A stretch of 64,000 nt of DNA from Acidobacteriota bacterium (GTDB lineage Bacteria; Acidobacteriota; UBA6911). Below the pieces are notes generated by a model. The model was not told where the DNA came from, made no database searches, and saw nothing but the letters and a program-made list of their open reading frames with translations. The stretch is from positions 4,000,001 through 4,064,000 of the forward strand of contig OY761556.1 of the NCBI GenBank assembly GCA_963664705.1. Reading direction: 5' to 3'. The position numbers were made by a program, and so were the translations under genes. Positions 1-8,625 of the stretch are shown one piece after another. Each line of letters starts with the position of its first letter. Position 1 is the first letter of the stretch.

Positions 1-308
1 CCGGGAAGTGCAAATGCGTTGATACTCGCGTCATTCACACATTTAAATTGGTAGGGATATTTCTCTCCGGGAGCACCCGCAGCCAGCTTTTTCCCCAGGC
101 GATTCAGATAATCGTCCACGCGGGAATTATTCAGCATTGAAAGCGTCTTCTCGGCATCCGCAGATACCTGCTTGCCCAATTCAACATCCTGTTGTGGCGA
201 GAATAAATTCCATCCCGGCTTCAGCGGAGTACGTTGGGCAAAAGCCGTAAACGAAGCTACCGCCAGCAGGCCCGTCGTAAGAAGCAAAGCCATCAAGTAT
301 CGTCGCAT
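1..308 (-). CDS. M48 family metallopeptidase (BepA/YfgC-like), N-terminal part; runs off window start
   Basis: Not in ORF track. Manual translation from ATG at 308: MRRYLMALLLTTGLLAVASFTAFAQRTPLKPGWNLFSPQQDVELGKQ...YLNRLGKKL...YPYQFKCVNDASINAFALPG. Signal peptide plus the NAFALPG M48 motif; GGAG RBS upstream. HEXXH lies outside the window. Confidence 0.85.
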   Translation of the reverse strand, partial: MRRYLMALLLTTGLLAVASFTAFAQRTPLKPGWNLFSPQQDVELGKQVSADAEKTLSMLNNSRVDDYLNRLGKKLAAGAPGEKYPYQFKCVNDASINAFALP

Positions 309-405
309 GCCGTTTCGCTCCTCCATTTTTCTACTCATACAAATTAGCAAAATGATAGCATCGGCTACGCCCTTATGCACAGTAAATGGCCGCAAAACAC
401 TTTGC

Positions 406-1833
406 TTATTTGGAGAGTTGGACAGGGAGCGTGTGTTCGACTCCCTTTCTGTTGACCTGAATAATTGCCTGATTGCCCCAGGCATGTGTCTGCAGGAAGG
501 AAGCGAACTCGAGACCATCGGTGATGGGTTGCCCGTCAATGGAAAGAATCACATCACCAATCTGCATCCCGGCAAGATCCGCGGGCGAATTGCGCTGTAT
601 ATCGAGGATCAGCAGCCCATTCTGCACCGGGACCTGCAGAGATTCCGCAAGGGATTCATCCAGAAGGATGGTGTCTACGCCAATCAGCAGGCGCTGATTT
701 CTAGGAGCTGGTTCGGAAATAAGGCTGGAAACCGGCAGACCGACTGAATCCTGCATGCTGAAAGACAGTCTTCCGAGGCTGGGCTGGGTTTTGCGAGCCG
801 CAACCATGGCACTGAGCATTACGGGTTTCCCGCGGCGAAAAACTTCAATACTCGCTTTAGACCCTATGGAGGATCCCTCGATAAGCTGGATGTAATGGCT
901 GCTGTTGCGGATCCTCTCACCGTTAAACGTCCGCAAAAAATCGCCGGAGACCAGACCGGCTTCCTGGGCGGGGCTATTGGGCTCCACCCGCAGGACGAGA
1001 ACGCCTGAACCGAATACGGGATTTGAATCGACCACATATAGTCCAAGCCAGCCTGCGCGAATATCCGCTCCGGTCTTGATGATCTTCTCCGCAGATGCAA
1101 GCAGCTGGGAGATGGGGTAAACCGTATTGCGAATTCCCAACGGATCCTGGTTGGCAATAAAGCCAAGCACCCGATGATCGGCCGTAAGAATCGGCTGCCC
1201 TATGTCGGGAAAAGGACGATCCACGGTAATGATCCACTCGCCTGGTTCCGGATCCGTTGTTCCCGCCCCTATCGAAACAATCTGGGCTTTTCGCAATTGC
1301 GATAATCTTGGAGACACCGGCGCCATAACCGTAGTCCCACCTTTGACCGCGCATTCATCACAGATGAGAGTTTTCGGCAGCTTACCGCCAATCATTTTGA
1401 CAACCGCCACTCCATTCCGCTGATCAATGCCAACCAGCCTGCCTTTGCATTTTTGCCCGGCACCCGATACTTCAATGGTCAAGTCGTGACCCTGGACATC
1501 GAGCCAGCGATATCCGAGGAAAGTCATGACGTTTCCTTTGAGGTCAAGGACGATTCCGGTCGAAGAAAGCGACTGGATAACGATCGGGCTTTCGGTCACG
1601 AGTTTGCCGTTTATTTCGACCGTATCCTTGGGGCCATGATATTTGGAAACGATGTTGACCCGAACCAGTGTAGGCCGCGATTCCTCGCTTTGCGTTTTCT
1701 GCGGTCCGGATCCCATAAAAAAGAGGGGAAAATTCCCGGCAAGGGTGTGCGGAGTAAAAACAAAGAGCGAGCAGCAGGTCAAAATCCGGATTAACAATGA
1801 ATTGGCAGACATTGTCCCGGCCATGATCTTCAA
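406..1833 (-). CDS. HtrA/DegP-like protein with two PDZ domains; catalytic triad degenerate
   Basis: Signal peptide; trypsin-like segments (STGIVLDLKGNVMT, GRLVGIDQRNGVAVVK); two PDZ domains (GWLGL...VEPNSPAQEAGLVSGD; QRNSPADLAGMQIGDVILSIDG). Start overlaps the anti-sigma stop. Confidence 0.8.
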   Translation of the reverse strand: MKIMAGTMSANSLLIRILTCCSLFVFTPHTLAGNFPLFFMGSGPQKTQSEESRPTLVRVNIVSKYHGPKDTVEINGKLVTESPIVIQSLSSTGIVLDLKGNVMTFLGYRWLDVQGHDLTIEVSGAGQKCKGRLVGIDQRNGVAVVKMIGGKLPKTLICDECAVKGGTTVMAPVSPRLSQLRKAQIVSIGAGTTDPEPGEWIITVDRPFPDIGQPILTADHRVLGFIANQDPLGIRNTVYPISQLLASAEKIIKTGADIRAGWLGLYVVDSNPVFGSGVLVLRVEPNSPAQEAGLVSGDFLRTFNGERIRNSSHYIQLIEGSSIGSKASIEVFRRGKPVMLSAMVAARKTQPSLGRLSFSMQDSVGLPVSSLISEPAPRNQRLLIGVDTILLDESLAESLQVPVQNGLLILDIQRNSPADLAGMQIGDVILSIDGQPITDGLEFASFLQTHAWGNQAIIQVNRKGVEHTLPVQLSK

Positions 1834-2534
1834 TGGCTTACATTCCGGATAAAGTTTTCTTCGGGAGTCTGGCCATACCGCAACCGCGGCTTATTCGGCC
1901 AGCGCACGCTGACCGGGCGATTATCCGGCCCCATAACCTGAAATTCCACATAGTCTGACTCACCCACTTCCCTGTCCACCATCTGCTCAACACCAGGGCT
2001 CAAAGGTTGAGGCTCTTGAACAGGCTGTGAGGTTTTGGCCACCACCGGAACAGCCAAACGATTCGCCGGCATTTCCACCGCCGGTGCGGCAACAGGCAGA
2101 GGCTTTGCCATCTGGATTGCTTTTGCAGGTTCCTGCGAAGCGACTGCAGGCGTACCGGCAGGGCGGCTGGTGCCGAAGAAAACGGGGTACAGGTAAAAGA
2201 TTCCGATGCCCATCATAACCAGAAAAGAAGATGCCAATGCCAGCTTTCGAGCGGATGGGAAGTCAACTCCATACAACCAGAACCGACGGAACAGGGAGAA
2301 CCCGCTGCGAGACTTCTCCTTTCCGATTTCAGCCAGAATCCGCGACTCGAAATTGTCAGGGGCTTTGACGCGTTCGATTTGTTGAGCCAGCCGGTGTAAT
2401 CGCTGCGCATCAGCCATGGCTTTGCCACACCCGATACACTGTTGTGCATGGCGCTCCATTCCGAAACGGCCAGCAAAATCGAGTCCGTCGTCCAGATAGT
2501 CGTCTAAATCTCTGTGAAACTTGCGGCAATCCAT
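1830..2534 (-). CDS. Zinc-binding (zf-HC2/ZAS) transmembrane anti-sigma factor
   Basis: MDC...DYLD...HAQQCIGC (HxxxCxxC), one TM helix, Pro/Ala-rich periplasmic tail; directly downstream of the ECF sigma. Confidence 0.85.
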   Translation of the reverse strand: MDCRKFHRDLDDYLDDGLDFAGRFGMERHAQQCIGCGKAMADAQRLHRLAQQIERVKAPDNFESRILAEIGKEKSRSGFSLFRRFWLYGVDFPSARKLALASSFLVMMGIGIFYLYPVFFGTSRPAGTPAVASQEPAKAIQMAKPLPVAAPAVEMPANRLAVPVVAKTSQPVQEPQPLSPGVEQMVDREVGESDYVEFQVMGPDNRPVSVRWPNKPRLRYGQTPEENFIRNVSH

Positions 2535-2584
2535 AGCAAATTCAGTCTACGCAATGAACGTTTTCTTTGTCTCGACCCGGTGCT

Positions 2585-3235
2585 TTACGATTCGACATAT
2601 CTCTCCAGCTTTCGCTGGAGCAGCTCCCTTGCCCGATGGAGCCGTGATTTGATGGTACCCGCGGAGCAATTCAGCGCTTTTGCAATATCATCGTACGGAA
2701 GCTCCTGTACTTCCTTCATGATGAACGCGGTCCGATATTTCTCCGGCAGAGAACGGATTGCATCTCCCAATACCTGGCTGCTTTCCTTTCGCAACATTTC
2801 ATCGCGCGGCCCACGCCTGGCATCGGTCAGCTCAAACTCAGGAGTTTCTTTTTCAGCTTTTTGGCGATTACCCCAAATATTCCTGTAAAAAACGCGTCCC
2901 CGGCGCTTGCGGTACCGGATCTCGTCTATGGCCAAATTCGTGGCAATGCGATAGATCCAGGTGGAAAACTGATACATGTTGCTATAGCGATGGATGTTGC
3001 GATAGACGCGCAGAAAGGTCTCCTGGCACAGATCCACCGCTGTGTCGTAATCACCGACCATCATATTGAGATAGTTGGTGATCGAGTCTTTGTAGCGCGA
3101 AACTAGCTGCCCGAAAGCCGCATCATTCCCAGCGATAAACTCCCGGACCAGACTGTTGTCGCTCGTCGGCGCGTCTGAAACCTCTAAATCAATGCTGTGC
3201 AAGACTTCTTCCCGGAGTTCGGAAGTCAATCTCAT
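2585..3235 (-). CDS. ECF RNA polymerase sigma factor (RpoE/SigW-like)
   Basis: Region 2 (DLCQETFLRVY, FSTWIYRIATNLAID) and region 4 (LPYDDIAKALNCSAGTIKSRLHRAR). Start chosen at ATG 3235 (GGAGGA RBS); 3268 is an alternative. Confidence 0.93.
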   Translation of the reverse strand: MRLTSELREEVLHSIDLEVSDAPTSDNSLVREFIAGNDAAFGQLVSRYKDSITNYLNMMVGDYDTAVDLCQETFLRVYRNIHRYSNMYQFSTWIYRIATNLAIDEIRYRKRRGRVFYRNIWGNRQKAEKETPEFELTDARRGPRDEMLRKESSQVLGDAIRSLPEKYRTAFIMKEVQELPYDDIAKALNCSAGTIKSRLHRARELLQRKLERYVES

Positions 3236-3293
3236 TTCCTCCAGGCTTCTGTTGGAGCTCCATTGCATCCACAGATCCCGAACTACACTGTTC

Positions 3294-3320
3294 TACACGT
3301 CAATACGGGATTTAGGTTCC
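3294..3320 (-). promoter_or_regulatory. Putative ECF-type autoregulatory promoter
   Basis: Minus strand reads GGAAC-N16-CGTGTA immediately upstream of the ECF sigma gene, matching the AAC...CGT ECF promoter pattern. Confidence 0.65.
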
Positions 3321-3323
3321 GTA

Positions 3324-5951
3324 TTATTTCATATCCATCCAATTGTCGGCTACATTCAGGTCTACCTTCAGGGGAACCAGCAGCTCAGCGGCTCCTTCCA
3401 TTTCCTCCCGGACAAGGATACGTGCCGTTTCCACTTCCGTTTCAGGCACCTCTATGACGAGCTCGTCATGAACCTGGAGAAGGATTTTTGCAGCCAGGGA
3501 CTGCTCCCGCAAACGCTTGTGAATACGAATCATAGCAATCTTGATGATATCGGCTGCCGTCCCCTGAATCGGGCTGTTTACCGCCGTTCTCTCCGCAAAA
3601 TGCCGGAGATTGAAATCCTTGCTGTTGATGTCGGGAATAGGTCGAATCCGGTCATAAAGAGTTCGCACGGCCCCGGTCTGGCGTACTTCCTGGATAGTGT
3701 TATCCAGCCAGGCCCGGACGCCGGAATATCTCCTGAAATAGGCATCAATAAATGACTGTGACGCCTCTCTGGAAATTCCCAGCGTTTGAGACAGTCCAAA
3801 TGCGGACAGCCCGTAAACAATCCCGAAATTGATGACCTTGGCGCGGCGACGGCACTCCGACGGATTGGATATCGCCTCTTCGCCAAACACCTCTCGTGCC
3901 GTCCGCTCGTGGATATCCTCTCCAGATCGAAAAGCGCTCAGCAACACTTCATCCCTGGAAAGGTGCGCGAGGATTCTCAATTCCACCTGGGAATAATCAG
4001 CGGAGATCAGGGCGCTTCCCTTTTCAGCCACAAATGCTCCCCGAATCAGGCGGCCCAGCTCAGAGCGGATCGGAATATTTTGCAGGTTCGGATCGGAACT
4101 CGATAACCGTCCCGTTGCCGCCCCGGTCTGGTTATAGGATGTGTGCACCCGCCCGTCGTTGGGATGAATCAAAACGGGAAGGGCATCGACATAGGTGGAC
4201 TTCAGCTTGGAAATCTGGCGATACTCGAGGATAAGTTTTGGAAATTCATATGTTTGAGCCAGCTCTTCAAGGACCGCCTGGTCCGTGCTGTAGCCTCCCG
4301 TTTTTCGGGTTTTCTTCAAAATGGGCAGGTTCAGCTTCTCAAAGAGTATCTCACCCAACTGCTTCGGAGAGTTGATGTTGAAAGACATACCGGCGGCCTT
4401 GTAGATACTCTCCGTAAGTCCAGCCAGTTGCTTTTCCATCTCGGAAGACATTTGCTGCAGCATCTTGCGATCGACTTTTATCCCGGTATTCTCCATGTCG
4501 GCCAACACCGGAACCAGCGGGAGCTCAATTTCCTGATAGAGCTTCCGAAGCCCCAGTTCGTCAATGCGCGGACCCAATATTTCGTGGAGCCGTCGCACAG
4601 CTTCGAGCCGCCGACAGGATCCTTCTATGGATATCTCCGGCTCCGGAAGCAAGGATCCCTGCTTTCGGGCTTTTTCTTCTTCGATCGAGACATGCAGAAG
4701 ATCCAAAGCCCACTGCTTCAGGCTGTAATCTCCTGCGTTCGGGGAAGAGAGAAAAGCCATCAGCATGACGTCATCCGGGGTCTCACCAACCTGCACGCCG
4801 CAGCTCTCCTGCGACAGCTTGTATAGTTTGGCATCCCAGCAGACTCGCTTCGGAGCACTATTCATGCACAGGCTCCGCCACTGCGCCAGTTGGGATTCCT
4901 TTCGAAGATCGACGAGAACCGCGTCACCGGAGTCGCCCTGAACGCACGCAACAATGGCTGTCTTTCGGCCCAGGAGATCCGGCGCATGGGTAAGATCAAT
5001 GTACAATCGCGACTGCTTTCCCATGGTATCGACAAACCGGGCAGAGTCTCTGTCGCTAAGCCAATTCCCCTTCAAAGGCTCCTGCGGAGCTTGTTGTTCG
5101 TCGAGAAACTCGCGCATCAGGCCCTTAAATTCCATTTCGGAAAATAGCTCAAACGCAGCCTTGCGATTGGGTTCACACAGGACGAGCTCAGGCAGATCAA
5201 GTTCGATCGGCAGATTCCGATGTATGGTGACGAGTTCCAGGCTCATCCTTATCAGATCCACATTGTCGCGCAGACTTTCCTGATAAGTCTTCCTTTTTAC
5301 CTTTTCCCAGTTCTGCAGGACATTTTCGAGTGTGCCGTATGTTTGGATCAGCTCCTTGGCGCCCTTCTCGCCTATCCCTGGAGCACCCGGGACATTATCG
5401 GAGGCATCGCCCCACAGTCCGAGCAGGTCCGCCACCTGATCCGGCCGCACGCCGAGTTTTTCCTGAACCTTCTGGGAATCGAGGATTGTGTCTTTCGCCG
5501 CATCAAACACCACAACGCAATCTGAGACAAGCTGCAACATATCCTTGTCGCTGGTAACAATAACGGTCTGAAGTCCCTGCTGGGTCGCCTTCAGCGAAAG
5601 CGTACCGATCACATCGTCGGCCTCAAAGCCCTCGTGGCCGATGACAGGGACACAAAAAGCCTCACACACCTTGAGGATGTATGGAATCTGCTGAACAAGA
5701 TCCGGCGGCATGGGCTTCCGCGTGGCCTTGTATTCCTGATACTTTTCGTGACGAACCGTCGGCCCCTCCAGATCCAGCGCCACTCCGATGTAGTCGGGAT
5801 TCTGATCCTGAATGAGCTTTCGGAGCATGGACGTAAAGCCGAAAATGGCATTGGTCGGCATGCCCTTGCTGTTGCTAAGGTTGCGAATGGCATAATATGC
5901 CCGATAAATGTGGGACATGCCGTCGATGAGAAACAGACGCTTGGAAGTCAC
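3324..5951 (-). CDS. polA: DNA polymerase I
   Basis: LFLIDG..YRAYY 5'-3' exonuclease start; TGRLSSSDPNLQNIP, ADYSQVELRILAH, RRRAKVINFGIVYG, LLQVHDEL. GTG start at 5951 with AGAGGA RBS; the ORF-track extension to 6302 overlaps xerC. Confidence 0.97.
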   Translation of the reverse strand: MTSKRLFLIDGMSHIYRAYYAIRNLSNSKGMPTNAIFGFTSMLRKLIQDQNPDYIGVALDLEGPTVRHEKYQEYKATRKPMPPDLVQQIPYILKVCEAFCVPVIGHEGFEADDVIGTLSLKATQQGLQTVIVTSDKDMLQLVSDCVVVFDAAKDTILDSQKVQEKLGVRPDQVADLLGLWGDASDNVPGAPGIGEKGAKELIQTYGTLENVLQNWEKVKRKTYQESLRDNVDLIRMSLELVTIHRNLPIELDLPELVLCEPNRKAAFELFSEMEFKGLMREFLDEQQAPQEPLKGNWLSDRDSARFVDTMGKQSRLYIDLTHAPDLLGRKTAIVACVQGDSGDAVLVDLRKESQLAQWRSLCMNSAPKRVCWDAKLYKLSQESCGVQVGETPDDVMLMAFLSSPNAGDYSLKQWALDLLHVSIEEEKARKQGSLLPEPEISIEGSCRRLEAVRRLHEILGPRIDELGLRKLYQEIELPLVPVLADMENTGIKVDRKMLQQMSSEMEKQLAGLTESIYKAAGMSFNINSPKQLGEILFEKLNLPILKKTRKTGGYSTDQAVLEELAQTYEFPKLILEYRQISKLKSTYVDALPVLIHPNDGRVHTSYNQTGAATGRLSSSDPNLQNIPIRSELGRLIRGAFVAEKGSALISADYSQVELRILAHLSRDEVLLSAFRSGEDIHERTAREVFGEEAISNPSECRRRAKVINFGIVYGLSAFGLSQTLGISREASQSFIDAYFRRYSGVRAWLDNTIQEVRQTGAVRTLYDRIRPIPDINSKDFNLRHFAERTAVNSPIQGTAADIIKIAMIRIHKRLREQSLAAKILLQVHDELVIEVPETEVETARILVREEMEGAAELLVPLKVDLNVADNWMDMK

Positions 5952-6030
5952 TGGAAATCCTCTTTTGGTATGATTGCGCCGGCCAGGTGATTGTAACATG
6001 CTCTGCGCCGCTGGCAATTTGCGCGCATTC

Positions 6031-7026
6031 TCATGAAATTGAATTTTGTATATCTGCCAGATTCCCGGCTGCTTTTTTCCCTTTTCGCGCCCGTGGATGA
6101 CAGGACTGGTAAACGCGCATAAGCTGCTCCACGGAAACATGGGTATATTTCTGAGTCGTTGACAAACTCTCATGCCCCAGCAGTTCCTGGATGGCGCGCA
6201 AATCCGCGCCGGCGTTGAGCATATGGGTCGCGAATGTATGCCGAAGCGTGTGCGGATGCACTCGCAGCCTCTGGGCCAGTTGGGCGACATGCCGGTTAAC
6301 AATATTTCCGATGCTTCGCGCGGTTAACCTTCCTCCGCGCAAATTCAAGAAAACCGCCTCCGCTGGAAATTTCGCTTTTGCGGGAGTCTCCGGGGTTTTC
6401 CTGAGATGCCGTCCTCGCACATCGAGGTAATCCCGCAGCGCCTCCGTCGCTCGACTTCCAAAGGGGACAATCCGCTCCTTTCTACCCTTGCCAACAACCC
6501 GCACGAGCCCTTCGTGGATACTGAGATCTCCAAGATTCAGCCCAACCAGTTCGCCAACGCGCAATCCGGAACCATACAAAAGCTCCAATATGGCTTTATC
6601 ACGCTTCCCCGAATCAGAAGCGGTATCCGGGGCCTCGACAAGCTCCGTAACGGTATCAATGGTAAGGTAGTCCGGCAAACGGCTTTCCAACTTCGGAGAG
6701 GAGACACTCTTGGCAGGACTGGTGCGAAGGATTCCCTTCGTGGTCAAAAACTTCATAAAGGAACGCACGGTTGCCAGTTTTCGCGCGACCGAGGATTTTT
6801 TGTTTCCTTTTTGATAGAGAATCCCGAGAAACTCGCGAATTGTAAGGTTATCCACCTGGTCGATATCAGGCTCCGGACGCGGTTCGCCTTCAGGGGTGTG
6901 GGTCAGGTATGAAAGAAACTGCTGCAAATCGGATTCGTAGTTTCGAAGCGTATGCGGGGAGGCATTCCTCTGGATGCGCAGGTATTCGAGATATTTCGCA
7001 ATCCAGTAACTCAGATTCTCGGCCAT
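6031..7026 (-). CDS. xerC: Tyrosine recombinase XerC
   Basis: SPHTLRNY, LLYGSGLRVGEL, GKGRKERIVP, HPHTLRHTFATH, LLGH..STTQKYTH. ATG 7026 with GAGGAG RBS; downstream of trmFO. Confidence 0.9.
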   Translation of the reverse strand: MAENLSYWIAKYLEYLRIQRNASPHTLRNYESDLQQFLSYLTHTPEGEPRPEPDIDQVDNLTIREFLGILYQKGNKKSSVARKLATVRSFMKFLTTKGILRTSPAKSVSSPKLESRLPDYLTIDTVTELVEAPDTASDSGKRDKAILELLYGSGLRVGELVGLNLGDLSIHEGLVRVVGKGRKERIVPFGSRATEALRDYLDVRGRHLRKTPETPAKAKFPAEAVFLNLRGGRLTARSIGNIVNRHVAQLAQRLRVHPHTLRHTFATHMLNAGADLRAIQELLGHESLSTTQKYTHVSVEQLMRVYQSCHPRARKGKKAAGNLADIQNSIS

Positions 7027-7098
7027 TTCCCTCCTCGGAACACCAACGATCGCCAAATGCACTGAGCCCACGAGCGTATCAAAAATCGGGATAAGCTC

Positions 7099-8424
7099 CT
7101 AGCTGCCGCAACTTTCCAGCCAGGAATCCATGTTTTTGAGAGCTTCCTCGACCTGCAAGCGATGACGCTCCTTCTTGTCGCGAATGTGATCCCAAGTCAG
7201 GCCGGTTCCCTCATTTAGAAGCCCGAAGCTCATATTGACCGGCTGAAAGGAACTTAGCCCCGCCGAAGACACATAATGCACAAGGCTGCCGCAGGCAGTG
7301 GACTTGGGCGGAGCGGAGGTTGCCCGACCCCTCGCATAGGCCAGCGCGTTCAGACCCGCAAGCAGGCCTGTGGCAATCGATTCCACATATCCTTCAACGC
7401 CGCAGATTTGCCCGGCAAAGAACAGATCCGGTCTTGTCCTTACCTGGAGGGTGGGCGCAAGCAAACGCGGCGCATGGATATAGGAATTCCGATGGATCTG
7501 CCCAAATCGCAGGAACTCCGCATGCTCGAGGCCCGGGATCATCCGAAAAACCCGCCTCTGCTCCTGGAACTTCAGGTGATTCTGAAATCCGACCAGGTTA
7601 TAGCTATCGGATATTAGATTCTCCACTCGCAATTGCAGTGCGGCGTAGGGACGCTTTCCCGTGCGCGGATCGATAAGACCCACCGGCTTCATCGGACCAA
7701 ACCGCAGGGTATCGACCCCTCTGCGCGCGAGTTCCTCAATCGGCAGGCAGCCTTCAAAATATCGCGCACGTTCAAATGAATGCAATGGTACGGCTTCCGC
7801 ACTGATGAGCGCTTCGTAAAACCGCGTATATTCATCCTTCGAAAAAAAAGCATTCAGATAATCTTCCCCGCCTTTGCCGTACCTCGATGCGGCAAACAGC
7901 CTGGATTGATCAAGTGTTGACGCGTCGACAATCGGGGATATCGCGTCGTAGAAATACAGGTTCTGAGATCCGGCAAAAAGGATGATTGATTCAGAGAGAG
8001 ACTCCGATGTCAGAGGACCGGTGGCTACGATTGTGACTCCGCTGTCCGGAAGCTGCCGAAGCTCCTCCCGGATTATTTGAATATTCGGCGAACTGGATAT
8101 CTCCTGGCTGATGATATCGCTGAATTTTTCTCTATCCACAGCCAGCGCATGGCCTGCAGGCACTCGTGTCTGATCAGCAACGTGCAGAAGCAGGCTGCCC
8201 ATCCGTCGGAGTTCCTCTTTCAGGAGATAAGGCGCCGTACCTGGAAGATCGGATTTCAGCGAATTGCTGCATACAAGCTCGCCGAGTTTGTCCGTGCGAT
8301 GCGCGGGAGTGTTAACCGCAGGCCGCATTTCATACAGATGAACCCTTCCCCCTCGGCGGGCAACCTGCCAGGCTGCTTCGCATCCTGCAAGCCCGGCGCC
8401 AATTACGGTAACAATGGATTCCAT
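7099..8424 (-). CDS. trmFO: Methylenetetrahydrofolate-tRNA-(uracil-5-)-methyltransferase TrmFO
   Basis: VIGAGLAGCEAAWQ, ELVCSNSL, YFEGCLPIE, FGPMKPVGL, FFAGQICGVEGYVES. Confidence 0.96.
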   Translation of the reverse strand: MESIVTVIGAGLAGCEAAWQVARRGGRVHLYEMRPAVNTPAHRTDKLGELVCSNSLKSDLPGTAPYLLKEELRRMGSLLLHVADQTRVPAGHALAVDREKFSDIISQEISSSPNIQIIREELRQLPDSGVTIVATGPLTSESLSESIILFAGSQNLYFYDAISPIVDASTLDQSRLFAASRYGKGGEDYLNAFFSKDEYTRFYEALISAEAVPLHSFERARYFEGCLPIEELARRGVDTLRFGPMKPVGLIDPRTGKRPYAALQLRVENLISDSYNLVGFQNHLKFQEQRRVFRMIPGLEHAEFLRFGQIHRNSYIHAPRLLAPTLQVRTRPDLFFAGQICGVEGYVESIATGLLAGLNALAYARGRATSAPPKSTACGSLVHYVSSAGLSSFQPVNMSFGLLNEGTGLTWDHIRDKKERHRLQVEEALKNMDSWLESCGS

Positions 8425-8625
8425 CGTGGGATTTTAGCATACCCGCGTATCAGGTTTTCGGACATCCCAACACCAACTCCCGCCATTTCGGAATTTGGCG
8501 TTCCTTGACAAACGAATTGAGGCAGGGGCGCGCCTTTGGAGCATCCGCCAGGAAAGCCGAAATGCTTAGGATTTTTCCAGTGGCTTCGATATCATTTGAT
8601 TTTTTCTTTATTGTGGGAATTGGGA

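Noticed and set aside
5952-6302. N-terminal extension of PolA in the ORF track
   Set aside because: Overlaps xerC in another frame; the GTG at 5951 has an RBS and matches the canonical PolA start.
6031-7026. Integrase marking a mobile element
   Set aside because: XerC-type sequence in a trmFO/polA housekeeping context; no att repeats, tRNA or phage genes seen.
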